Positions 1 to 7,976 of a stretch of 64,000 nt of DNA are shown here, piece by piece. Position numbers and translations under genes: made by a program. Position 1 is the stretch's first letter. Each line of letters opens with the position of its first letter. This DNA comes from Kofleriaceae bacterium (GTDB lineage Bacteria > Myxococcota_A > Polyangia > Haliangiales > Haliangiaceae): positions 96,001 through 160,000 of the forward strand of contig CBDCCZ010000010.1 of NCBI GenBank assembly GCA_965215005.1. Direction: 5' to 3'. Below the pieces are notes generated by a model that saw nothing but the letters and a program-made list of their open reading frames with translations, made no database searches and was not told where the DNA came from.

Positions 1-539
1 CCCGGTTCTATGGTGAGCTCCGCTGGGCCGACCCGCTTATGGCGGAACAACGTCCAAATCAGCTTATCCACAATCTCATAAGCATCGAGGTCGGCGCGCC
101 CGCTCCAGATGCCAACCTCTTCGAGAAAAGCGTCGATATTGTGATCGATGGTAACGACAGTGCCGTCCGCTGCGGCCCATCCGCGCACTTGAGCGTCCGA
201 GCCCTTGGTGGTGCTCCCAAAGCTCCACAGTCTGCCAATGCGGCCGTTATCGAGCAGCTCCACAACAAGCGAATCGATGGGCGTGACGTTCAGTGACTGC
301 GGGTCGGAACTCAGCTTGATTGCAGAATAGTGTCGAAAAGCTTCTCGCGCCGTTTGAAAATCCGTTTCCATCTTGCTCTGCCTCTGACTGTTGTTCGAGC
401 GGTGAGCCCCCACTTCAGCCGATTGCTCGCCGTTGCTGGTGCCGGCACTGTTATTTTGCTGGCCACTGACCGGGCACCCGGCGCAGCACGCGATGAGAAC
501 AATCAAGCGGGAAAAGTATTTGTGATTCAAGCGGCTCAT
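1..539 (-). CDS. Putative lipoprotein, paralog of 977..1666 (candidate immunity protein 2); 3' end lies beyond the window
   Basis: Hand translation from ATG at 539 is open to the window edge (MSRLNHKYFSRLIVLIACCAGCPVSGQ...METDFQTAREAF...RIGRLWSF...VRGWAAADGTVVTIDHNI...LIWTLFRHK). Lipobox-like AG|C. Collinear similarity to 977..1666. Absent from the ORF track because it has no stop in the window. Confidence 0.85.
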   Translation of the reverse strand, partial: MSRLNHKYFSRLIVLIACCAGCPVSGQQNNSAGTSNGEQSAEVGAHRSNNSQRQSKMETDFQTAREAFRHYSAIKLSSDPQSLNVTPIDSLVVELLDNGRIGRLWSFGSTTKGSDAQVRGWAAADGTVVTIDHNIDAFLEEVGIWSGRADLDAYEIVDKLIWTLFRHKRVGPAELTIEP

Positions 540-557
540 GTGCTGGGCGTTCCTCAT

Positions 558-674
558 CTACGGCCCGGGATTGCGCGACGCGCGGCCATACGTGCTCGAT
601 CCGCCTGCTGCGTCGCCTCCAGAGCCCGACGAGCCGCCGCTACCGAGTCCTCGGTTGTGCACGTTGTTGCGGAT
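558..674 (-). pseudogene. Orphan remnant of the C-terminus of the 1682..5899 protein family
   Basis: Reads IRNNVHNRGLGSGGSSGSGGDAAGGSSTYGRASRNPGP* versus IRNNVHNRGHGPGAPRDGALPPASGPAASGGASFGRASRNSGP* at the end of 1682..5899. Shared DNA ttgtgcacgttgttgcggat. In-frame stop upstream at 738-740. Confidence 0.85.
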
Positions 675-744
675 TCGAACGGCGCCGCGCGCGGCTCTAA
701 CCGTCCCGCGCAGCTTTGCGGCGGAGTAGTCGACTGCTCAATAC

Positions 745-870
745 ACATAACCTCATGATACTCGTCGAAGCGCACCGTGTATTCGAAGATACCTATCAGG
801 ACCGGGAAATGCTCACCTCCACATCGGTGCGTGGATACGTAGCGCACGAGCCGCGCCCTTCCGTCCAGAC
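745..870 (-). pseudogene. Frameshifted 3' remnant of a third lipoprotein paralog
   Basis: Minus strand CCC GGT CCT GAT AGG TAT (C) TTC GAA TAC ACG gives PGPDRY/FEYTVRFDEYHEV, matching PGPSQYFEYTLTL of 977..1666. Upstream GRARLV matches HKGRLI. Confidence 0.6.
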
Positions 871-976
871 TGGCTATTGAGAATGCGCATCGTGCATCAG
901 GTGCGACCGTTTTCGCCGAGTGCAGACCTCCGGCCTCTGTCAAGGTGCGCCGACATTGGCCCTGGTGACGGCCACG

Positions 977-1666
977 TCACGGTTGTTTTCCAAGGGTGAG
1001 CGTGTACTCGAAGTACTGAGACGGACCGGGGGCTCCGCCTCGCGGTAGCTCCGCATACTCCGTCATGAAGATGAGACGTCCTTTATGATGATGGTCCATC
1101 TCGAGTTTCGCTCCTGGCAGGAGCTTATGCCCCACTAGAGTCCAGGCTAGATGGGCGGCGATCGCATCGGCATCTAGGTTAGACTGGGAGGACCAAAGTT
1201 CCATCTGATCGAGCAGTAAGCGGATGTTGTGCTCGAGCGTCACCACTGCACCATGAGCCGTTGCCCAGCCGCGTAATCGCTCGTCCGGGCGATCTCCGGA
1301 AATCGCATCGAAGCGCCAGAGTGAGCCAATTCGTCGGCTGTCGTCCCCAGGGGGCACCTCTGCATCGCGCGGCGTAAGATCTATCGCTCCGGGTTCGACG
1401 TTTAACTCTCCTGCCGCGTATGCGAGGAAGGCATTCCGCGCTTTCTCGAATTGTGGATCCATCGGTGCCGCTTTCGGTGCTGCCTTGGCAGTTTCTTTGG
1501 GTCGGTCGTGTGTCGTGACGTCTTCGCGGCCGCGAAGCGCGCCTTGGTTACCGTCGGCTACACGTTCCTGAGCCTCAGAGCTTCGCTGACCGCTGGCTGG
1601 ACAGCCAGCCAAGAGCGTCAATAAAGTGATGACTGAGAGCGGATGACGCAGGAGAAATGCACTCAT
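977..1666 (-). CDS. Lipoprotein of unknown family (candidate immunity protein 1)
   Basis: 229-aa ORF with hydrophobic signal and lipobox LAG|C. Starts 15 nt after the stop of the large DUF4157 gene. Has a paralog at 1..539. Confidence 0.8.
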   Translation of the reverse strand: MSAFLLRHPLSVITLLTLLAGCPASGQRSSEAQERVADGNQGALRGREDVTTHDRPKETAKAAPKAAPMDPQFEKARNAFLAYAAGELNVEPGAIDLTPRDAEVPPGDDSRRIGSLWRFDAISGDRPDERLRGWATAHGAVVTLEHNIRLLLDQMELWSSQSNLDADAIAAHLAWTLVGHKLLPGAKLEMDHHHKGRLIFMTEYAELPRGGAPGPSQYFEYTLTLGKQP

Positions 1667-1681
1667 CTCAGCTAGTACCTT

Positions 1682-4600
1682 TCAGGGGCCTGAGTTGCGA
1701 GACGCTCGTCCGAAGCTCGCGCCCCCGGAAGCGGCGGGACCGCTCGCTGGAGGCAATGCCCCGTCTCTGGGAGCGCCGGGACCGTGGCCGCGATTGTGCA
1801 CGTTGTTGCGGATCCAGGCTCGCCACGCTTCGTTCCGGATCATACGACCAAGGTCGGCATCGGCAATGCCTGGCCGCCCCGCTTCTTCGTAGAACACCGT
1901 GTACGCTTCAGCAAAAAACTCGGCCGGCGCGTATACACCGTAGTCAGCAACTCGCTGGCTGACTACTTCTTCGTTATGGTACATGAATTTCTTGTACCAG
2001 TTGCTGATTGTGAACCGCTTGCCGTTTGATTGATAGAGTGCATTTGGTTCTACGAAAAATCCGTCTCCGCGTCCAAGAGACGCATCTGCCGCCAAGATAA
2101 CGGGCACTGATTTACCCCAATGCTTTCGCACAGCATGAAGTGGCGTAACGCTGTCCCAGAGACTTCGACCTCCTGAGGGAGTCGACTGCACCGCGTCAAT
2201 GATCGCCGTTTTAATCGCTTGGCGGTCCTCATTGGAGATCACGCTGCCGTCGTTGGTGGCCCATGGACTGGCCATTTGTCCGGCCCATGTGTCGAAGTCG
2301 GTTCCGGTCCACCAGCCGCCTAGTCCTTCGGTGAAGCCGGTGACGCCGCCGAGGGCGGTCTCGACGGCGTGGGCGATTTCGTGGCGTACGGTGGCGGCGA
2401 GCCAGTTGGCTTGATGGGCTGCGGTGGCGTCGTCGGGGGTGACGCGGGCCTGGAGCGCGTGCGCGTGCTGGAGTGTCTTGGTTAGCGTATAGCGGTTTCC
2501 GGCGATGGCGGCGATGGTCGCAACGTCTGGTGTTGGCGTGGCGCGATCGATTGCAACGACGTCGCCAACGGCGAATCGTGCCGCCTCGGTCACTGCGATG
2601 TCGGGATCGCCTACTGCGGCGGCTGCCGAGAGTCTGGTTCCATGGCCGTACTCGGAGCTGACGGGGAGGAGCTGTTCGCCGGTGTTGTGTGCGTACGCTA
2701 ATGGTTGAGCCAAGGTGTAGCTCGTCCCGGCCACTGCTTTGACTCTGGCCAGTTCGCGATTGGGGCCTTCTCCTATGGAGATGTCGCTGCGTGCGCCAAA
2801 GGCTGCGGCGTTAGCCACTTGTAGCGTTGTGTCGCCAGCGGCAGCGTTGCTGGTAAGTCTGGTTTGATTGCTGGCGACGTTCTGCGCGGCATTGGCGCCG
2901 ACACTGAAGTTGCCGGCGCCACCGTTCCAGGCTGCGCGGTTAGTGAGAGCGGCGTTTCCGGTGAGGGTGAGCTGTCGCCAGACGCCGGAGCGGGTGTCTT
3001 GATCGGGCAGGGACTTCATCTGCACGTGGATCTGCCGCAGCGTCTCGGGCGGCCAGGCGGTGGCGCCTTCGGCGACGGCGGTCTCCACGTCCCAATAGGC
3101 TTGGAATGCCTCTAGAAGCAGTGCGGGAGGCGCGGCGCCGACGACGATCACTGCGTCGAGCAGCGCTCGCTGCACGTCCAATGCGCCAACCCGGGCTAGG
3201 CGCTGCCGGCGGGGCTCGGTGTCGCCGCTGAGCATGCGCATGGCGGCGAGGGCGTCGCTAGCTTCATTGTAGAGGCGCGCGGCCAGGGTGCCGCGCCAGC
3301 GCGCGTGGTCTTTGCCGCTGAGGTCGCTGTCGACACGAGCGACTAGCGCGGCGTCGGCGGCTACCGCTGTGACCTCGGCGATGGGAGCGCTGCTCAGCGC
3401 GGCGAATAGATAGGCTTCATCGGTGCCAATGCCGGCGACTGCCCATGTGAGCTTGATGCGGAGGGATACGCCGACTCGGTCGAGGACGCCGCGCAGGTCA
3501 TCGCCCGAGAGCTCATCCATCAAACGGCGCACCAAGGCAGCATCGGCGGCAACGAGCTGCAGCTCTGCCGGGGTTGCCGTGGCTAGACTGCGATGGATGT
3601 AGTCTTCATCGGTGCCCCAGCCGGCCATGGCGAGGCGGAGTTTGTCGGCAAGCGGGGCGTGCAACAGATCGAGGACACGGGTCATCTCGCTGGCGCTGAG
3701 CTCGCTGCGGAGCTCGGCCATCAATTTGGCGTCGGCGAAGACTTGGCGGAGCTCGGGCAGGGTGGCGTGGCTGAGTCGGCGATAGATGGCGTCTTCGTTG
3801 GTGCCCCAACCGGACATCGCGACGTAGAGGTCGGTCTTGATGTCCATTTGCCAGCTACGACGCTGAACGCCGCCGGGGACGGCGGACGACGCCGATGCGG
3901 CAAGAGCGACGGGTCGTCCTTGCGCGACGTTGGCGGCAACGGCGTCGGCTTGGCGCTCGTAGGGATCGCCGACCTGGCCGATGCCACCGCGGAGCTGAAC
4001 GCCGTCGCGTTGCTGCAGGACGTGGGCGACCTCGTGGGCGGTGGTTTCGAGATCGGGCGTGTTGGCGAAGACGATGTGCTCGCCGGTGGCGTAGGCCTCG
4101 GCGCCCATGGCGGTGGCGGAGCGGGCGGCGTCGGAGCCGACGTGGGCGCGAATGGTGGTTAGGTCGTGGCCTTGGAAGGCGGGCTGCAGGCGCTCGAGGT
4201 GGGGCAGCGATTGCGCCGGGGTGGCAATGCCTTCGGCGGCCGCGGCTTGCACGTCTTCGGCAGCGATCGCATTGCTGCGGCGCTGTACGGGCGCATGAGG
4301 GTGGCGGGCTGATTCGCCGCGTTCGCGAGCGGCGGCGCGATCCATCAGCAGGCCGTAGGCTGCGGCGAGCTCGTCGTTGCCGGCACCGTAGGCGGCGAGG
4401 CCGCGGGCGCGATAGGTATCGTAGGACTCGGGCGCCGAGGGATCGAGGCCGAGAGCCGCCACATCGATCCGCTCCGCGGCGGGGCCCTCATGGATGACGA
4501 TGGCATCGCCGGCTTGGTCGCCGAGCTCCGAGGAGCGGGAGGGTGCGCGGCGATTGGGCCGCACGTTGGCGTCGCCGGGTCGATCGCCGAGCTCGGGCGT

Positions 4601-5899
4601 GGGACCGCTCCGTTGCCGTGGAAATGCGCCCGGAAGCTGGCCGGTTAGGCCGTGGGCGCGCAAGATTTCCAGGCTGTGGACGGTTTGGGCGCGCAGCTGC
4701 TCGAGCTCGGCGGACTTGCAGTGGAGGGCGTATGCCTCGGCGAGAAGCGCGCAAACCGCGCCCACGGTTTCGTCGGCCGCTGCCAGCACCTCCTCGACGC
4801 CGGTGTTCACGGCGGCGCTCTGCATGCCGAGATAGAGGCCGGCGCGAATCATCTTAGTGTCGGGACCCAGCACCCGACGACGTAGGTCGGCAGTCAGACG
4901 GCCCCGAAGCTCGTGCGTTAATTTGTTGGCCCGATCGCGGGTGGTAAACAGTAGCTCGAGCCTAGAGGCGGCTTCTCGCCGTGCCTTCTCTGCGGCGGAG
5001 ACCGGTGGCGGCGGGCCGCCCTCGAGCTCTTCGAGAGCATTCGCGGTCTCGAGCCAACCATCGACGCCAAGCCCGTCGAGCTCGAGCACTCTGCGCCAGT
5101 GGTCGGCGCCCAGCTGTTGCAGATACGCCTCCCAGTGGGCGCGGCCAAGACGAGTATCCCCGAGCTCGTACGTGGCAACCGCGAGCCAGAGCTGGTCGTC
5201 GGCGGTGTTTGCTGGCTTCGTTGGCTTCGTTGCTGGGGCCTCGGCTGGCGCGCTTGTAGAGGTTGCCGAGGATGGTGCTGCTGGCCCGGTCGTAGGAGTC
5301 GTCGCGGATGCGGCTACTGCCGCGGTCGTCGGAGTCGTCGGTGTTGTCGCGGATGTGGCTGCCGGCGCGGTCGTTGGTGTCGCTGCGGCGCCCGCTGGTG
5401 CACGACCGGCCGCCGGTGCGACGCCAGCGGCGCCCAAGGTCTCGGGCCCGACGATGCCATCGACCACGAGCCCGCGCCCGCGTTGAAAGTGCGCAATGCG
5501 CAACGCAAAGGCCGTGCTGCCGACCTCGAGCCCCGCTGCATCGAGCTGCTTGGGTTGCCAACCACGCCGCTCTTGCCCACGCGGATTGAGACGCTGCGCC
5601 CGCGCGAGCTGCCGCGCGTCGAGCAGCGGCTCCACTTCGGCGCTGCTACTCGCATCGGCGGATTCGCGCTGCTGCACCGCATCCCCCGATGCCTCCCGGC
5701 CCCAACGGCTCCAGTCAACGCCGCTTCTGCCGCGCGCCTGCAGGTGGTTCGGCAGCGATGGGTCTGGCCCTCCGCCGCGCCGCTGCATCTCGGCAATCTC
5801 GGCAATCTCGGCCGCTCGGTTGCCCTTGCCCGGCACTCCTTGCCGCTGTTCCGCCGCCGGCGTCTCGCCGTGCCCACCCCTTGGCCGATATCGCTTCAT
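1682..5899 (-). CDS. Multidomain DUF4157 (eCIS-core) protein: PG-binding motif, Thr/Ala linker, DUF4157, 3 annexin-like repeats, C-terminal zinc metallopeptidase (candidate polymorphic toxin)
   Basis: FQRGRGLVVDGIVGPETL (PG_binding_1-like); GHDLTTIRAH...GAEAYATGEHIVF...AHEVAHVLQQR...DPYERQAD (DUF4157); GWGTNED/GWGTDED/GIGTDEA each followed by (E/D)LS; HEIAH plus PAEFFAEAY. Confidence 0.85.
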   Translation of the reverse strand: MKRYRPRGGHGETPAAEQRQGVPGKGNRAAEIAEIAEMQRRGGGPDPSLPNHLQARGRSGVDWSRWGREASGDAVQQRESADASSSAEVEPLLDARQLARAQRLNPRGQERRGWQPKQLDAAGLEVGSTAFALRIAHFQRGRGLVVDGIVGPETLGAAGVAPAAGRAPAGAAATPTTAPAATSATTPTTPTTAAVAASATTPTTGPAAPSSATSTSAPAEAPATKPTKPANTADDQLWLAVATYELGDTRLGRAHWEAYLQQLGADHWRRVLELDGLGVDGWLETANALEELEGGPPPPVSAAEKARREAASRLELLFTTRDRANKLTHELRGRLTADLRRRVLGPDTKMIRAGLYLGMQSAAVNTGVEEVLAAADETVGAVCALLAEAYALHCKSAELEQLRAQTVHSLEILRAHGLTGQLPGAFPRQRSGPTPELGDRPGDANVRPNRRAPSRSSELGDQAGDAIVIHEGPAAERIDVAALGLDPSAPESYDTYRARGLAAYGAGNDELAAAYGLLMDRAAARERGESARHPHAPVQRRSNAIAAEDVQAAAAEGIATPAQSLPHLERLQPAFQGHDLTTIRAHVGSDAARSATAMGAEAYATGEHIVFANTPDLETTAHEVAHVLQQRDGVQLRGGIGQVGDPYERQADAVAANVAQGRPVALAASASSAVPGGVQRRSWQMDIKTDLYVAMSGWGTNEDAIYRRLSHATLPELRQVFADAKLMAELRSELSASEMTRVLDLLHAPLADKLRLAMAGWGTDEDYIHRSLATATPAELQLVAADAALVRRLMDELSGDDLRGVLDRVGVSLRIKLTWAVAGIGTDEAYLFAALSSAPIAEVTAVAADAALVARVDSDLSGKDHARWRGTLAARLYNEASDALAAMRMLSGDTEPRRQRLARVGALDVQRALLDAVIVVGAAPPALLLEAFQAYWDVETAVAEGATAWPPETLRQIHVQMKSLPDQDTRSGVWRQLTLTGNAALTNRAAWNGGAGNFSVGANAAQNVASNQTRLTSNAAAGDTTLQVANAAAFGARSDISIGEGPNRELARVKAVAGTSYTLAQPLAYAHNTGEQLLPVSSEYGHGTRLSAAAAVGDPDIAVTEAARFAVGDVVAIDRATPTPDVATIAAIAGNRYTLTKTLQHAHALQARVTPDDATAAHQANWLAATVRHEIAHAVETALGGVTGFTEGLGGWWTGTDFDTWAGQMASPWATNDGSVISNEDRQAIKTAIIDAVQSTPSGGRSLWDSVTPLHAVRKHWGKSVPVILAADASLGRGDGFFVEPNALYQSNGKRFTISNWYKKFMYHNEEVVSQRVADYGVYAPAEFFAEAYTVFYEEAGRPGIADADLGRMIRNEAWRAWIRNNVHNRGHGPGAPRDGALPPASGPAASGGASFGRASRNSGP

Positions 5900-6226
5900 G
5901 CTCCCTCTCCTGCGCCGCGTCGCCGCGCCGTTGCCACGTGGTCCCGATCATCTCATACGAGAATTCTCAGCGGCTGCGCGCCCCGTCGCCGCCCACCGCA
6001 GAGCCTATTCTCGAGGCGGTGCAAAGAACCGTAAAGGACTCTGTAGGGCCGCTCGACGAAAATCGTCCTGCCCCCGCGCCGACAGCTGTAAAAAAATGGA
6101 ACAATCCGGCAGCCGAAGCCACGAACCGCGGCGCGACAACCGCGGATCCGCTCGCCGAGCCGCGCAGCCCGGCGAGCGAGACCATTGGCGCGCGCATCCG
6201 CCAGGTTGCACCTGCGATCGCAGCGC

Positions 6227-6520
6227 TCAGCGCACCGGTGGCGGCATCGGCCGGTCCATTCGGTCGAACGTGTCGCCGTGAATCACGCCGCGGAGCTGCT
6301 CGCTCTGCAGGAAATCATGAGGAAAGCCGAGAGAGATGCCACTCACCTCGTCGAGGCTTTGCTGATGGCGGGGCTGCAGGATGACGTAGCAGGACGCGAG
6401 CACGTCCGCGAGTTGCGCCGCCTTGCGCACGCCGACGATGGGAATGATGCGCGGCGTTTGCGACCTCCTCCAGGCCAAGGCAACCGCGGCCGAGGGTGCG
6501 TCGAGCTCGTGAGCGCGCGC
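6227..6520 (-). pseudogene. 3' fragment of an aldo/keto reductase
   Basis: AHELDAPSAAVALAW...IIPIVGVRKAAQLAD...LDEVSGISLGFPHDFL is a typical AKR C-terminus. In-frame TGA at 6521-6523 and no N-terminal barrel region. Confidence 0.7.
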
Positions 6521-6669
6521 TCATCGAGTCGACTCATCGACTCATCGGCCTGCTGATCGCCGGTGGTGTAACACGGATCGCTCGCGCGGCTCGAGGCGCA
6601 TAGTTCGCCAGCATTGGAGCTGAGCGAAAGCAACTGCGCGGGGCGTGTTCACTGGAGTAACTTGCAGCG

Positions 6670-7554
6670 ATGCGCGTGCATCTGGTCGACGGCACCTTCG
6701 AGCTCTTTCGTGCGTTCTTCGGCGCACCGTCGGCGGTGGATCGCGACGGCCGTGAGGTGGGAGCTACGCGCGGGCTCCTTCGCTCGCTCGCGGCGCTGCT
6801 GCGTGAAGAGGATGTAACGCACGTGGCCGTTGCGTTCGACCACGTCATTGAGTCATTTCGCAATCAGCTCTTTGTTGGCTACAAGACGAGCGAAGGAGTG
6901 GAGCCTGCGCTGCTTGCCCAGTTCGAGCTTGCCGAGCGCGCTGCGCATGCGTTGGGTGTGGTGGTTTGGCCGATGGTGGAGTTTGAAGCCGATGATGCGA
7001 TGGCCACTGCGGCCAAGCGATACGCTCTAGACCCGCGTGTCGAGCAGGTTGTGCTCTGCTCACCAGACAAAGACTTGGCGCAGTGCGTTCAGGGAGATCG
7101 AATCGTGTGCTTTGACCGCATGCGCAAAAACTTCTTCAATGAGGCCGGCGTAAAGGACAAATTCGGCGTATTCCCGGCCTCCATTCCTGACTATTTGGCG
7201 CTCGTAGGCGACAGTGCCGACGGCATTCCGGGAGTTCCGCGTTGGGGTGCCAAGTCTACGGCAGCCGTACTGGCCCGTTATCAGCATCTCGAAGCGATTC
7301 CCGAGCTCGAGCGCGACTGGGATGTAAAGGTGCGCGGAGCCAGCGCGCTGGGGCACGAGCTGCGCGCGCATCGCGACAAGGCGCTGCTGTATCGCCAACT
7401 CGCCACGCTGCGCTGCGATGTGCCGCTCGTCGAAGCGGCCACCGACCTCGAGTGGCGCGGCGCGCGCAGCGAGGCGCTCGCCCACGTCTGTGAAGCAATC
7501 GGAGACAGCACGCTGATGAGTCGCATCGACCGATGGCGTACCAGCGCCGACTAG
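6670..7554 (+). CDS. Stand-alone 5'-3' exonuclease / flap endonuclease (PolI N-terminal, Xni-like)
   Basis: LVDGT, AVAFD, EADD, SPDKDL, LVGDSADGIPGVPRWGAKS (helix-3-turn-helix). Confidence 0.92.
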   Translation: MRVHLVDGTFELFRAFFGAPSAVDRDGREVGATRGLLRSLAALLREEDVTHVAVAFDHVIESFRNQLFVGYKTSEGVEPALLAQFELAERAAHALGVVVWPMVEFEADDAMATAAKRYALDPRVEQVVLCSPDKDLAQCVQGDRIVCFDRMRKNFFNEAGVKDKFGVFPASIPDYLALVGDSADGIPGVPRWGAKSTAAVLARYQHLEAIPELERDWDVKVRGASALGHELRAHRDKALLYRQLATLRCDVPLVEAATDLEWRGARSEALAHVCEAIGDSTLMSRIDRWRTSAD

Positions 7555-7697
7555 CGAGATTCACAGCGCCGCACGAATCGCAGCGACGTTGACGCCGGCA
7601 TCACCTTCGCAGCCAACGCCGGCCGCAGCTCGCGAAATCGGCGATTGCCGCGCAACTCCATTGTGCTCGCGGGAAAGGTAGTGTCACCTTCGGCCCA

Positions 7698-7976
7698 ATG
7701 GTGAACGTCGAGCTGACGCGACATCTACACGCTTTTTTTCCCCAGCTCGAGGGCAACGAGCTCGCTGTCGAAGCCACCACCATTGCAGAGGTCGTCGCGG
7801 CACTCGAAGAACGAGCGCCCGGCTTCATCTTCTATATATGCGATGAGCGCGGACGGCTGCGCACCCACGTCAACGTGTTCATCGGCGATGAGATGATCGT
7901 CGACCGACAACGCCTCGCCGACCGCGTACCCGACGGCGCCCACGTCTTCATTGCACAAGCACTTAGTGGAGGATGA
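7698..7976 (+). CDS. MoaD/ThiS-family ubiquitin-like protein
   Basis: 92 aa, LRTHVNVFI motif, C-terminal SGG. Confidence 0.88.
   Translation: MVNVELTRHLHAFFPQLEGNELAVEATTIAEVVAALEERAPGFIFYICDERGRLRTHVNVFIGDEMIVDRQRLADRVPDGAHVFIAQALSGG

Noticed and set aside
39..758. Plus-strand ORFs 39..296 and 330..758
   Set aside because: Antisense shadows of the minus-strand lipoprotein paralog and remnants.
554..943. 129-aa ORF as a real gene
   Set aside because: It runs across two different remnants: part reads the lipoprotein relic and its 3' part overlaps the toxin-tail relic in another frame. TTG start, no coherent domain.
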